Positions 1-9,843 are shown, counted from the first letter of the stretch. The stretch is 64,000 nucleotides of DNA from Candidatus Kaiserbacteria bacterium (GCA_028286585.1 JAQBRI010000011.1:1648-65647); one strand, 5' to 3'. The notes: generated from the sequence alone by a model not told the origin. Translations and numbers: made by a program.

Positions 1-1
1 C

Positions 2-637
2 TCTACACTTTCTGCAATTGAAGGCTTGCTGAAACCGCAATCTGGTTCAGTGGTCGTGGCAGGTTTTGATATTAATCGAGAGGCACTGGATGCGCGTGCA
101 AATTTAGGCGTACAATTGCAATCAACCAGCTTTCAGAAAGATTTAAAAGTACGTGAAATCATTGTCCTCTACGCCGGACTCTACGGCGTTTATCTTACGG
201 ATGATGAGGTACAAAAAATACTCATCGGTATCCAATTGCAATCGGAAGCAAACAAACGTGCGTCGCAACTTTCTGGTGGCCAACAGCAACGGTTGGCACT
301 CTCAGTTTCGACACTCCACAATCCTCCTCTGGTACTACTGGACGAACCTACTACAGGTCTTGACCCCCAATCTCGTCGCCAATTATGGGACAGAATAGTG
401 GCAATGCGAGATTTAGGGAGAAGTGTACTTATCACTACACACTCGATGGAAGAAGCTCATGCAATTTGTAGTCGTGTTGCAATTATCGACCACGGACACA
501 TTATTGAAACCGGTAATCCAGATGAGCTTATTGAAAAATATAAAAATGACACCTTGGTACGAGCCGCAATGCGTCTACCAGAGGTAACACTTGAAGATGT
601 ATTTATTGGACTCACCGGTCGCGAAGTGCGACATTAA
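2..637 (+). CDS. ABC transporter ATP-binding protein (5' end outside window)
   Basis: The ORF is open to the window edge. It has the ABC signature LSGGQQQR, a Walker B LLLDEPTTGLD, and an H-loop TTHSMEEA. Walker A would lie upstream of the window. A cognate permease follows 5 nt downstream. Confidence 0.8.
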   Translation, partial: STLSAIEGLLKPQSGSVVVAGFDINREALDARANLGVQLQSTSFQKDLKVREIIVLYAGLYGVYLTDDEVQKILIGIQLQSEANKRASQLSGGQQQRLALSVSTLHNPPLVLLDEPTTGLDPQSRRQLWDRIVAMRDLGRSVLITTHSMEEAHAICSRVAIIDHGHIIETGNPDELIEKYKNDTLVRAAMRLPEVTLEDVFIGLTGREVRH

Positions 638-642
638 TCTAT

Positions 643-1419
643 ATGCAAACTTCTACACAAGAAACATTTATCAAAAAAATCCCTTCTCCAATTGAGGCTT
701 TTAAAATATTGTTGCGCGCTGACTTTACTGTGCAGTTACGGCAGCGACGTTCGCTCCTAATGAGTCTTATTACGCCGATTATCTTTCTTCTCGCGTGGAA
801 GAGTCTTATTCCTGAGATTGGCGCGGCATCCGTACTTTCTATCTGCGTAGCAATCGGTCTTCCTGGCACCGGTCTGATGGGATATTCGAATACATTAGCA
901 AATGACAGGGAACGCGGCATCTTTCAACGTTTACGCGCATCTCCGATACCAACATGGGTCATAATGCTAAGTCGTATTATCGTACAGCTCTCGGTGCTTA
1001 TACTTATGGCGCTTGTCACGTGCGGTGTAGCGTACTTTGCCGACGGAATCACTTTTGGCTTTGGTAACCTTTTGCTTATTCTTGTCGCCTCTGCAATTGG
1101 AGGCCTCGCTTTTTTGGCCTTAGGGCAAGCAATTGTTGCATTAATGCGCAGTAGCGATGCCATAAATGCGACAACTCGTTTGCTTTATATGGTCATTGCA
1201 GTGGTAGGAGGTCTGGGACAAACAGGATTATTTGGGGCAGTACTTCAAAAAATAGTAACTTACTCACCACTCGGTACCAGTAAAACAATGATTGTGGCAG
1301 CAATGAATCCTGCCAGTATTTTTACCTGGCCTGTCATGTTTGCTGTAGTTATAACTCTTGCGTACGGACTCTTTTTTGCAATCATTGGAATACGTTTCTT
1401 TAAGTGGACAGTTAATTAA
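643..1419 (+). CDS. ABC-2 type transporter permease
   Basis: 258-aa protein with about six hydrophobic helices, directly downstream of the ABC ATPase (ATPase stop and this start 5 nt apart). ATG start. Confidence 0.7.
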   Translation: MQTSTQETFIKKIPSPIEAFKILLRADFTVQLRQRRSLLMSLITPIIFLLAWKSLIPEIGAASVLSICVAIGLPGTGLMGYSNTLANDRERGIFQRLRASPIPTWVIMLSRIIVQLSVLILMALVTCGVAYFADGITFGFGNLLLILVASAIGGLAFLALGQAIVALMRSSDAINATTRLLYMVIAVVGGLGQTGLFGAVLQKIVTYSPLGTSKTMIVAAMNPASIFTWPVMFAVVITLAYGLFFAIIGIRFFKWTVN

Positions 1420-1499
1420 AGGTAGTAATTAATTCCAACCAATAATAATTAATGAGATCTAACTCAAATTCTCCCAAACAGAAGTGATATAATCTCTTT

Positions 1500-1976
1500 A
1501 TGGCGCATTTAAATTATTCTGTCGATTTGTGTGCAGATGCATATATTGTCAATGGTAGTGCAGTGCTTTTACGTCTTCATGAAAAATATAACTTTTGGAT
1601 AGCTCCAGGCGGTCATGTAGACCCTGGTGAAGATATTAATCAAGCAGTACTCAGAGAGATTTGGGAAGAAGTTGGACTGAAAGTGGAACTTGTAGGACCG
1701 AACACCTGGCAAAAGCAGGATTTTGATATTAATAAGGATCTGGTGCCTCCAATTTTTGTGAATAGACATGCAATAAATGAGCACCATGATCACTCTTCAT
1801 TTATTTTTGTTGCAAAGTCTGATACTCGAGAAATAAAACCCCAAGAGGAGGCGAGTAAATATACTGAATGTGTTTGGGTAACAAAAGTGGAATTGGATGC
1901 AATGTTTAATAATGATTCTCGGTTGCGGCAAGATGTATATCGATATGCCTCTGCCGCTCTTGATCTGGTTAAATAA
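1500..1976 (+). CDS. NUDIX hydrolase
   Basis: Canonical Nudix box: GGHVDPGEDINQAVLREIWEEVGL (Gx5Ex7REUxEExGU). Confidence 0.85.
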   Translation: MAHLNYSVDLCADAYIVNGSAVLLRLHEKYNFWIAPGGHVDPGEDINQAVLREIWEEVGLKVELVGPNTWQKQDFDINKDLVPPIFVNRHAINEHHDHSSFIFVAKSDTREIKPQEEASKYTECVWVTKVELDAMFNNDSRLRQDVYRYASAALDLVK

Positions 1977-1985
1977 AAACGCCCT

Positions 1986-2342
1986 ATGAAAAAAGAAAAT
2001 CTTTATGCGACGAGTTTTTCAAAAGTGTATCCGTACTATATTGTAAAGGCCGAGAGAAAAGGCCGTACAAAGGCAGAGGTCGATGAAATCATTCGATGGC
2101 TAACGGGATATACTCAGAAAGGATTAGAAACGCAACTGAAAAGACAAACTGATTTTAAAACTTTTTACGGCAAAGCTCCCAAAATGAATTCTGCACGTTC
2201 TCTAATCACAGGAATGATTTGCGGAATAAGAATAGAAGAAATAGAAGATCCACTTATGCGGGAAATTCGTTATTTGGATAAGCTGATAGCTGATTTAGCA
2301 AAGGGTTGGCCGATGGAAAAGATTAAGCGACAGACAAAATAA
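1986..2342 (+). CDS. DUF2200-like small protein
   Basis: 118-aa protein. The sequence pattern ([28 protein letters not shown] ... [14 protein letters not shown]) matches my recollection of the DUF2200 family. A short hairpin (ccccatg-tttc-catgggg) follows the stop. Confidence 0.55.
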   Translation: MKKENLYATSFSKVYPYYIVKAERKGRTKAEVDEIIRWLTGYTQKGLETQLKRQTDFKTFYGKAPKMNSARSLITGMICGIRIEEIEDPLMREIRYLDKLIADLAKGWPMEKIKRQTK

Positions 2343-2387
2343 AAACCCCATGTTTCCATGGGGCTGCCTCCAAAGAGGACTTATTGT

Positions 2388-2885
2388 TCAGCAGTCGGCG
2401 TAAGCAATTGGTCCGGCCTGCATCTGGATTTGGAGACGGATAAGAGTCCCTTCATCCCTGGGCTTGGGTGTACCGATTTGGCCTCCGCAGCAGTTCAAGA
2501 ACGTGAGCTGCTTGCCGTGGCAAACATGTCTTTCGACGAGCGGACGTACGGCATCGGACGCATGGATGCGGATAAGCTGCTTGCCGAGTTTCGAGTTGGG
2601 GTTTTCTGTCCACAAAACCACACCCTGCTGCTTGTCGGCCTCGTGGGCACGATCATGCAAGTAGGCGATTGCCTCGGGACAATCCCGACGAACCGCCTCA
2701 ATGAGTACGCTTTCGGCGTCTTTCGACGAAAGTGCTTGGAGAGACAGGCCGCGTTCTGCGGCGATTGCTACGACTGACGGAAAGGACATAATCCACCTTG
2801 TAGGTTGAATACTGGCGATCTTGCCAGCGTGCCCTCCGGCATATATTTCGGAGGGCACGCTAACAACATCAATATGTATGAGCAA
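2388..2885 (-). CDS. hypothetical protein in a high-GC patch (strand and frame uncertain)
   Basis: The roughly 500-bp stretch 2380-2800 is clearly GC-richer (~55%) than its flanks. The minus ORF (TTG start overlapping the stop of the upstream ATPase gene by 17 nt, internal ATG at MSFPSV) is co-directional with that upstream gene. A plus-strand ORF 2358-2777 also exists and has a higher third-position GC. No recognisable motif in either. Confidence 0.3.
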   Translation of the reverse strand: MLIHIDVVSVPSEIYAGGHAGKIASIQPTRWIMSFPSVVAIAAERGLSLQALSSKDAESVLIEAVRRDCPEAIAYLHDRAHEADKQQGVVLWTENPNSKLGKQLIRIHASDAVRPLVERHVCHGKQLTFLNCCGGQIGTPKPRDEGTLIRLQIQMQAGPIAYADC

Positions 2886-3543
2886 GTATCATTTCTGTCG
2901 CGAGTAGCGTATCAATTTCTATACCTGCGTTTTTATTATTAACTATAATGTGAGGCACTTTCGCAATTTCAAGCTCACGTTTTATTTGCTCGGCCACACG
3001 TTTACTATTGATAGTTGGCTCTTGCACAATGACTGCCAAGTCCACACCCGAAAGAATACCGGTTGCAACAGGATCTGTGCCTGCACGTTCATCAATAACT
3101 ACTGCTTCATCTTGATTGAGAGTAAGAAGCGGCAAATACACCTTAAGCGGAGCAGCAAGTGAGTGACTACAGGATTCTTGCGAACGGACTCTGTCTGTAT
3201 GCGGGCCTGCTGTTATAAGACGCAATCCATTTTCCAGTTCAGCTGATACACTGGCTGTAAACGCGTCGAGTGGGGACAGGGTAAAGATAACTTTGCGATC
3301 TTGAGCCACTTGCAGAGCAGCATCGTATGTTCCAGCGCGTGTAGACCCGACATACTCTTTAATGCGATCGGGGTCGGCCCCAAGAAACAAAGAAGGTTCT
3401 GCTTCCAAGTTATACGAAAGATCCATATTATGATCTGCATCTATAGCGAGTACTTTCATGCCGCGTGCGCGTAGTTGTCGCACAAGAGCTGTTGCCATAG
3501 TTGATTTGCCCGACCCTCCTTTTCCAAGAAATGCTATTTTCAT
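2869..3543 (-). CDS. ParA/MinD/CooC-family P-loop ATPase
   Basis: The N-terminal deviant Walker A (KIAFLGKGGSGKST), AIDADHN, and overall length of about 224 aa resemble CooC/MinD-type ATPases. ATG start, TGA stop. Confidence 0.75.
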   Translation of the reverse strand: MKIAFLGKGGSGKSTMATALVRQLRARGMKVLAIDADHNMDLSYNLEAEPSLFLGADPDRIKEYVGSTRAGTYDAALQVAQDRKVIFTLSPLDAFTASVSAELENGLRLITAGPHTDRVRSQESCSHSLAAPLKVYLPLLTLNQDEAVVIDERAGTDPVATGILSGVDLAVIVQEPTINSKRVAEQIKRELEIAKVPHIIVNNKNAGIEIDTLLATEMILAHTY

Positions 3544-3721
3544 ATTGCGTTGTTTTATAAATTTTTTTGATGATAAAGTGAATGCATTCAGGAGTCAGCC
3601 CACAGGGGTCGATGCCTGCGGGCTTGCTTCTAATTACAAACGCAATTGTGTTGCATTTACAATGTAGCACTCTGGAATACTAGTTGCAATCTTGTTGCGT
3701 TTATGATATCGTGGTGTAGTA

Positions 3722-4147
3722 ATGACTAAAACAGCGCCTAACTTTGAGGAAATATTGCGTGAGGGTGGCTATAAGGCCACCCCAGGGCGCGTCCTTTTGC
3801 TTAAGACTCTCTTTGGAGAGGAAAAGCCAGTGACCGTTTCCTACTTGGAGAAAAAGCTTAAAAGCGCAATTGATAAAGTAACGCTCTATCGCGCACTTGA
3901 TTCGATGGTAGTCTCAGGAGTAGTACGTGAGGTGGATTTTCGCCACGGTCATGCACACTATGAACTTCAAATATTGCGCAAACATCACCATCATATTGTC
4001 TGCACTAACTGCGCACTTGTTGAGGATGTTGATTGCAATACCGAGCCATTTGTAAAACAGGTAGAAAAAAAATCCAAAAAATTTGATTTGATCAGCGATC
4101 ACTCTACGGAATTTTTTGGTCTATGCAAAAATTGCACTAAAGTTTAG
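3722..4147 (+). CDS. Fur family transcriptional regulator
   Basis: Fur-like winged helix (VTLYRALDSMVVSGVV), His-rich metal site (HGHAHYE ... HHHHIVC) and CxxC ... CxxC (CTNC ... CKNC). Confidence 0.85.
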   Translation: MTKTAPNFEEILREGGYKATPGRVLLLKTLFGEEKPVTVSYLEKKLKSAIDKVTLYRALDSMVVSGVVREVDFRHGHAHYELQILRKHHHHIVCTNCALVEDVDCNTEPFVKQVEKKSKKFDLISDHSTEFFGLCKNCTKV

Positions 4148-5274
4148 TGATGATGAGAGTGTTCCCGTATCGGATCTTTTTCTGAAAGCAAATATGATGC
4201 AATTAAAGTAGTGATTGGAACTGCAAGTATGAGTCCTATACTACCAATAAGAATACGGACTATTTCTGTCGAGAATAATTCTCCATTGATGATAGCGCCT
4301 AAATTTGCACTTGGAGAATACGTTTCCTTTAGAAGGAGCAGAAGTGGTAGCGCAACGCCCACATACGCTATCGCGAGAGTGTTTACCAAAGCACCTATAT
4401 GTTCTCGTCCGATGCGGATTGCCCGTTTATATATTTCGAGACGAGTCATGTGCCTTCCTGCATGAAAAAGCTCTTCGACCGCAATTGCTTGTCCGATGGC
4501 AATATCGTAGAGCACCCCCAAAAGACCTATCATAATACCGCCAAACAAAAGTCCAATCATGCTGATGTTTCCGTGAGTATTGAAATTAAGATATATGTTT
4601 TCCTCGGTCGTGTATCCACTGAAGTGCCCGATATGCACGACGTAATAAGCTCCGAGGCCAGTAATAATAACAGTGATAAGCATGCCAATGGCTGCTGCGC
4701 TTGTTGTCTTATTAAAACCATGTGTGATGTACGAACCTGCAATAATAATCAGTGAAGAAACTCCAATACTTACCAAAATAGGCGAGTAACCGCTCAATAT
4801 GCCAGGCAGGAGCACATAGAATATTAGAATCAAACTACCTATCAAACTTGCAAGTCCTCTGATGCCTTGTATTCCACCAAAAAAGAAAAGCAGCAACAGA
4901 AAAACCAGACCAAGTCCTATGAGTACATTAAGGCGGTATGCATCTGAAACGGTCCAATACTCCGCACCGCCGAGCGAATTACTTTGGTGACGAATATAAA
5001 AAATATCACCAACACTTAATTGGGTAAAATCATTTTCAAAGGTAACTACCTGCCCTTTATCCGGCCCTTCGAGCACTTTTGCTTTGAGTGTCTGTACTTT
5101 GGTGGATACATCGGTGCCCGCAACAATCGTATCGTGCTGATTGGTCATTTCCAAGACCTGCGCTTTTTCTATATTCACCGCATCGGGTACAGCCTCGGCT
5201 TGAGCATATACAAATACAGGTAGAAAGAATGGAACTATCAGTGCAAAGACGAAGGAAACCCTGGTTAATTTCAT
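4144..5274 (-). CDS. YibE/F-like integral membrane protein
   Basis: Signal peptide, extracytoplasmic N-terminal domain, then 6-7 TM helices. The layout and GRHMT-like segment resemble YibE/F. Family assignment is tentative. Confidence 0.5.
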   Translation of the reverse strand: MKLTRVSFVFALIVPFFLPVFVYAQAEAVPDAVNIEKAQVLEMTNQHDTIVAGTDVSTKVQTLKAKVLEGPDKGQVVTFENDFTQLSVGDIFYIRHQSNSLGGAEYWTVSDAYRLNVLIGLGLVFLLLLFFFGGIQGIRGLASLIGSLILIFYVLLPGILSGYSPILVSIGVSSLIIIAGSYITHGFNKTTSAAAIGMLITVIITGLGAYYVVHIGHFSGYTTEENIYLNFNTHGNISMIGLLFGGIMIGLLGVLYDIAIGQAIAVEELFHAGRHMTRLEIYKRAIRIGREHIGALVNTLAIAYVGVALPLLLLLKETYSPSANLGAIINGELFSTEIVRILIGSIGLILAVPITTLIASYLLSEKDPIREHSHHH

Positions 5275-5341
5275 TATTCCTAATTATACGCTTATTCTCC
5301 AATTGTAACGAGCTTCATAGAAATTGAGATATAATAAAAGT

Positions 5342-5947
5342 ATGAGAAAAATAATCACAACTACGTTTGTAACTTTAGACGGTGTTATGCAGGCGCCTGG
5401 CGGTTCGCAAGAAGATACATCGGGCGGTTTTATATATGGAGGATGGCAGATATCTTTTCCCTCGGATAAAATGTTTGAGTCCAAGATGATGGAATTTATG
5501 CATATTCCATTCGAACTTCTTCTCGGTAAAAAAACTTACGATATCTTTGCATCATTTTGGCCACACGCTACTACAGATCTTGATGTAGCAAATCCATTTA
5601 ATAAAACAAAGAAATATGTTGTCTCGCACAATTCTTTCGAACCTTCGTGGGACAATTCGGTCTGCATTACTGGTGATGTAGTTGCGCAAATACGAAAAAT
5701 AAAAGAAGAGGATGGTCCTGATTTGTGGGTATATGGAAGCGGAAATCTTATTCAAACGTTGCTCAAAGAACACTTAATAGATCGCATGCATCTATGGATA
5801 CACCCCATCACAATTGGTACTGGCAAACAACTTTTTGCAGAAGGCGCGCAACCTCAAAATTTTAAACTTGTTGATTCGCAAATTGGCGCAACAGGCATTA
5901 TCTTTGCCACCTACGAACCTGCTGGACCACTGAAAACAGTTCAATAA
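5342..5947 (+). CDS. dihydrofolate reductase family protein (RibD C-terminal domain type)
   Basis: MRKIITTTFVTLDGVMQAPGG is the typical RibD_C/YwjB-type N-terminus. The track ORF starts at a TTG at 5324. The ATG at 5342 gives the canonical start. Confidence 0.8.
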   Translation: MRKIITTTFVTLDGVMQAPGGSQEDTSGGFIYGGWQISFPSDKMFESKMMEFMHIPFELLLGKKTYDIFASFWPHATTDLDVANPFNKTKKYVVSHNSFEPSWDNSVCITGDVVAQIRKIKEEDGPDLWVYGSGNLIQTLLKEHLIDRMHLWIHPITIGTGKQLFAEGAQPQNFKLVDSQIGATGIIFATYEPAGPLKTVQ

Positions 5948-5986
5948 ATTTCTTGTGAAAATAATGAACATTAGTGCAATCTAAAC

Positions 5987-6622
5987 ATGTCTATTGAACC
6001 TTTATTCCTCTGGTGCGGAGTTTTAGCAGGATCGTTATTTATTATCGTTTTTCTCATCGAGGGAATGTTGCGTACCGGGTATCAACCGTTACGCCAACCT
6101 GTGAGCGCTCTTGCAATGGGGTCACGTGGTTGGGTGCAACGAATAAATTTTATTATTACTGGCGCACTCATGCTGCCTTTCTCTATTGGGTTGTCAGTAT
6201 CACTTCGAGCATATGGAGGATCCTTCTGGGCACCAGTGCTTGTTGGAATATATGCACTGGGTCTTATCGGTGCCGGCGTTTTCGTCACCGATATAACTGG
6301 AATGCCAAAAACTAACCCAGGGATGCCAAAGCGTGCCGTGTCGGGAGTATTGCACGACATATGTTCGCTTTTTGTTTTTATACCGCTTTTTTTAGCTTTT
6401 TTTGTTTTTCAGCAGTTATTTGTGGAAGCAGGAATGTACGGTTGGGCAATCTATTCTGCAACATCCGGTCTTTTATTTGGACTCGGTTTTCTGCTTTTTG
6501 CAAGAAGTTTTGCAACCGAGGGCGCACTTGCACCGGTTGGGGGGCTGATTCAACGCATTACAATCGCGACCGGATGGTTATGGCTCTCGCTTGTAGCAGC
6601 ACATTTGGTAGGTGTTATTTAG
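5987..6622 (+). CDS. DUF998-like membrane protein
   Basis: 211-aa, 5-6 TM protein. The N-terminal pattern (PLRQPVSALAMG) recalls DUF998. Confidence 0.4.
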   Translation: MSIEPLFLWCGVLAGSLFIIVFLIEGMLRTGYQPLRQPVSALAMGSRGWVQRINFIITGALMLPFSIGLSVSLRAYGGSFWAPVLVGIYALGLIGAGVFVTDITGMPKTNPGMPKRAVSGVLHDICSLFVFIPLFLAFFVFQQLFVEAGMYGWAIYSATSGLLFGLGFLLFARSFATEGALAPVGGLIQRITIATGWLWLSLVAAHLVGVI

Positions 6623-6770
6623 TTTTTTATTTCAAGGTTACTTTTGGAGTAACTATTATAATTTAATCACAAAAAAAACGATGTGAGTTTTGCGTTGCCG
6701 GATAGTAACCTATTATTCCGAAGAGAAACAAAGTATGTAATATGGTTATATGATAAAATGTATATAAGAT

Positions 6771-7818
6771 ATGGAACAGAGAACAATACCCCACACAAAT
6801 ATACAGGTTTCTAAAATTTGCTTAGGCTCCATGAATTGGGGTCAGCAGAATACCGAGACTCAGGCGCATGAGCAACTCGACTATGCAACAAGCAATGACA
6901 TTAATTTTATAGACACCGCAGAGGTGTATCCAATTCCACCGACAGCAGAACTGCAGGGTACAACCGAGCGTTTTATTGGTACATGGCTAAAAAAGCGCGG
7001 TAAGCGTGACGATTTGGTTATAGCAACCAAAATCGGAAGCCACTTTCAGTCCTCTTACATTGCGACACGTGATGCGCGCAATGGTCTGACACGAGAAAAC
7101 ATTTTGCAGGCAATCGACGGTTCACTTGAGCGTTTGCAAACAGACTACGTCGACCTGTATCAGGTGCATGTGCCAGACCGTACTGCAAATTATTTTGGCA
7201 TACGCGGCTTTGAGCAGCTCAAGGAAGAAGATGTACCATCAATTGAAGAAACACTCAGCGGCCTCGCTGAAATCGTACAAAGCGGTAAGGTTCGCCATAT
7301 TGGTATTTCAAACGAGACGCCGTGGGGCACAATGGAATATTTGCGCATCTCAAAAAAAAAAGGGATATCCACGTATTGTGACTATTCAAAACCAATACAG
7401 CCTGACCAATCGTACATTTGAAATCGGACTTTCAGAGATCTGTCTTCGCGAGGGGATTGGCCTCTTACCTTATTCACCAATTGGAGGCGGCGCACTTTCA
7501 GGAAAATACCTTGGTGGTGCAATGCCGGCAGGCGCGAGACATACCCTGTGGGAACGAAATCGCGAGCGCTATAATGGCGCTCACGTGCAAGCTGCGATTG
7601 AAGCGTATGTTGATCTGGCTCGCAAACATGAACTTGATCCAGTACAAATGGCACTTGCCTTTGTAAATGACCGGGCGTTTGTTACATCCACTATCATTGG
7701 CTGTACGAGTATGGAGCAGCTCAAGACCGACATTGCCTCGGCAGATATTACACTTTCTGAAGATGTACTGTCCGGCATAGCTGAAATATATAAACGCATC
7801 CCAGACCCGCATGCATAA
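6771..7818 (+). pseudogene. aldo/keto reductase, interrupted by a +1 frameshift in an A10 tract
   Basis: ORF 6771-7421 encodes the AKR N-terminus (IDTAEVY, GKRDDLVIATK). ORF 7126-7818 in the +1 frame encodes the C-terminus (QNQYSLTNR ... LLPYSPIGGG). The frames switch at the homopolymer a10 at 7352-7361. Removing one A gives a continuous ...LRISKKKGYPRIVTIQNQYSL... protein. Confidence 0.8.
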
Positions 7819-8267
7819 TGGTTGTTATGCAGAAACAATATATTTCAGCAATTCTTCTTATAGTCTATAGTGCAATCCTGATCAAGGTAATGGTATTTAA
7901 AGAGATACCAACTATTCATATAGGCCATTTGATGTTTAATTTTGGAGGAGCGGAAGCGATTCACCCAGCCAATTTTATACCGTTCAAAACTATTTTACCG
8001 TATTTTTTCGGCGAGAACGGCTTGATTATTGCAGGTATTAATCTTGTTGGAAACATTGTAATACTTATACCATTTGGATTTCTTGCCACGGTTGTCTATC
8101 CAAAAATGACTTGGAAAAAATCTCTTATTCTTGCAGTAGCGACCGGTCTCGCTATAGAAATAATGCAGGCGTTGTTTCGTGTGGGAATATTTGATATTGA
8201 CGATGTAATCCTGAATGCGCTTGGCGTTATGATAGGTTTTTGGTTATTTAGAATGTATAAAAAATAA
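7818..8267 (+). CDS. VanZ family protein
   Basis: Small 4-TM protein with the VanZ-like core GNIVILIPFGFL ... IEIMQALFRVGIFDIDDVILNALGVMIG. Confidence 0.7.
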   Translation: MVVMQKQYISAILLIVYSAILIKVMVFKEIPTIHIGHLMFNFGGAEAIHPANFIPFKTILPYFFGENGLIIAGINLVGNIVILIPFGFLATVVYPKMTWKKSLILAVATGLAIEIMQALFRVGIFDIDDVILNALGVMIGFWLFRMYKK

Positions 8268-8347
8268 TATTGTGCTACTTCTTGTCTAGCTGCAGAGATC
8301 TTCGAAATGCGTTATACTAAAGATATTACTTATCACATATAAATCTT

Positions 8348-8695
8348 ATGAATAAATTCTTTGTATTACTTTGTGTCCCAGCTGCATCTATTGAAGAATG
8401 GATGAAAAACGTCGACGAAACGACTCGCAAACAACAGACCGACGAAATGATGAAGTCTTGGCAAGAATGGACGACCAAGCACGAAGCCGCTATCGTTGAT
8501 AAAGGCACGTCAGTTGGCAAAACCAAGCGAGTAACATCCTCAGGTGCTACTGACGCACGCAACGAGGTAAACTGGTATCTCGTAGTCGAGGCAGAATCGC
8601 ACGAGGCTGCAGTTGAGATGTTTATCGGACATCCTCACCTAGTGATTCCTGCTGCTTACATCGACATAAGTAGTACCAAACACCCAGAAATGTAA
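8348..8695 (+). CDS. hypothetical protein
   Basis: 115-aa soluble ORF with ATG start and no recognisable motif. A terminator hairpin follows. Confidence 0.4.
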   Translation: MNKFFVLLCVPAASIEEWMKNVDETTRKQQTDEMMKSWQEWTTKHEAAIVDKGTSVGKTKRVTSSGATDARNEVNWYLVVEAESHEAAVEMFIGHPHLVIPAAYIDISSTKHPEM

Positions 8696-8722
8696 ATAGG
8701 CAGTAGTTTCTTAATATTCTGT

Positions 8723-8758
8723 AAAAGTGGCTGTCAGGGACAGCCACTTTTATTTTGT
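8723..8758 (+). terminator. rho-independent terminator
   Basis: aaaagtggctgtc-agg-gacagccactttt followed by attttgtt. Confidence 0.6.
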
Positions 8759-8771
8759 TATACTGTAAGTT

Positions 8772-9245
8772 ATGAAAAAACCTTGGATCCTTGTCTTTGC
8801 ACTTGTCGTTATAATTATATGTATTGTATTTGTGTGGATGAGATATTCTACTAAATCTGGACTCAACCCCGCAGTGCTGCCGTTATATTCTGGCGTTTCG
8901 TGGAGTGTTCCGCAGGCAAAAGTATTTAGTAATATACCAGTCTATGAAGTCGCTTCGGTATCAGTCTCAAACATAACAAATCTGAGTGAAAAATCTCTCC
9001 CATTTACAAAATATTATGATGAAAAACTTTTGGGAACAGGTTGGACCCGTGATCTTTCCCGTGAGGCAGGAGGTCCGGGGTCAGGTGTTTCCTTTTATAC
9101 AAAAGGAAAAGACTTCGTCATTATTGCGTATCAGTCAACATTTCATGTGACCCACACTGATGCACCGTCAGAATGTCCTTGTGACCTGCAATTTCTAATC
9201 ACAACCGGTTCAAATGTGGGCACTACTTCAACAACTACTCAGTAA
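8772..9245 (+). CDS. hypothetical membrane-anchored protein
   Basis: N-terminal TM or signal anchor (WILVFALVVIIICIVFVW), then a soluble domain. No known motif. Confidence 0.45.
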   Translation: MKKPWILVFALVVIIICIVFVWMRYSTKSGLNPAVLPLYSGVSWSVPQAKVFSNIPVYEVASVSVSNITNLSEKSLPFTKYYDEKLLGTGWTRDLSREAGGPGSGVSFYTKGKDFVIIAYQSTFHVTHTDAPSECPCDLQFLITTGSNVGTTSTTTQ

Positions 9246-9258
9246 TTTTTAAACTGTT

Positions 9259-9807
9259 ATGAAAAAGACTGCAACACACGCAAAATCATACGTATACAGA
9301 ATGATGAAATCTCCGATAGGGAATCTTACCTTGGTAGGTAGTGATCGTGGACTTGCTGCTATCTTGTGGGAAAAAGAAAAGAAGGGTCGTGTGCCCCTGA
9401 AGATAGTAGGGGAGGATAAAAAACTGCCCATTCTTATCAAAGCAGAAAAACAGCTTAATGAATATTTTGCAAAAAAACGAAAAACATTTGATCTTACACT
9501 CGATTTTAACGGCACCGATTTTCAGAAAAAGGTTTGGAAGGCACTGCTCAATATTCCATTTGGAGCTACTGTAAGTTATGGTGATATTGCGCGCAAAGTG
9601 GGTAAGCCTACAGCAAGTCGTGCAGTTGGGGCAGCAAACGGGAAAAACCCAATATCAATTATAGCGGCGTGCCATCGAGTCATCGGCACGTCCGGCAAAC
9701 TTACTGGATACGCAGGTGGAGTGGAAAACAAAGTTATGCTGCTAGAACTTGAAGGCGGCACATTCGAGGGAAAGGCCAGCAAGAATTCGCGTTTGGTAAA
9801 ACAATAG
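9259..9807 (+). CDS. ogt: methylated-DNA--protein-cysteine methyltransferase
   Basis: Active-site PCHRV (IIAACHRVIG) and the DNA-binding helix region VSYGDIARKVGKPTASRAVGAANGKNP. Confidence 0.85.
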   Translation: MKKTATHAKSYVYRMMKSPIGNLTLVGSDRGLAAILWEKEKKGRVPLKIVGEDKKLPILIKAEKQLNEYFAKKRKTFDLTLDFNGTDFQKKVWKALLNIPFGATVSYGDIARKVGKPTASRAVGAANGKNPISIIAACHRVIGTSGKLTGYAGGVENKVMLLELEGGTFEGKASKNSRLVKQ

Positions 9808-9843
9808 AAAATGCTTTTTTATAATTGATCTATACTTATAGAT

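Noticed and set aside
2358-2777. Plus-strand 139-aa ORF as the real gene in the GC-rich patch
   Set aside because: Not fully rejected. It has a higher GC3 than the minus frame, but it starts inside a hairpin and is Cys/Trp-rich with no motif. The minus ORF is listed as the feature at low confidence and the ambiguity is flagged.
3428-3670. Short ORFs (3428-3670 minus, 3458-3667 plus) in the fur divergent promoter region
   Set aside because: They overlap each other and the ATPase gene start, have no RBS, and are Cys/Arg-rich. The region is better explained as promoter/operator DNA.
7126-7818. Independent 230-aa gene
   Set aside because: Its first about 75 codons are out-of-frame overlap with the AKR N-terminal part. 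From the A10 tract onward it is simply the C-terminal half of the same aldo/keto reductase.
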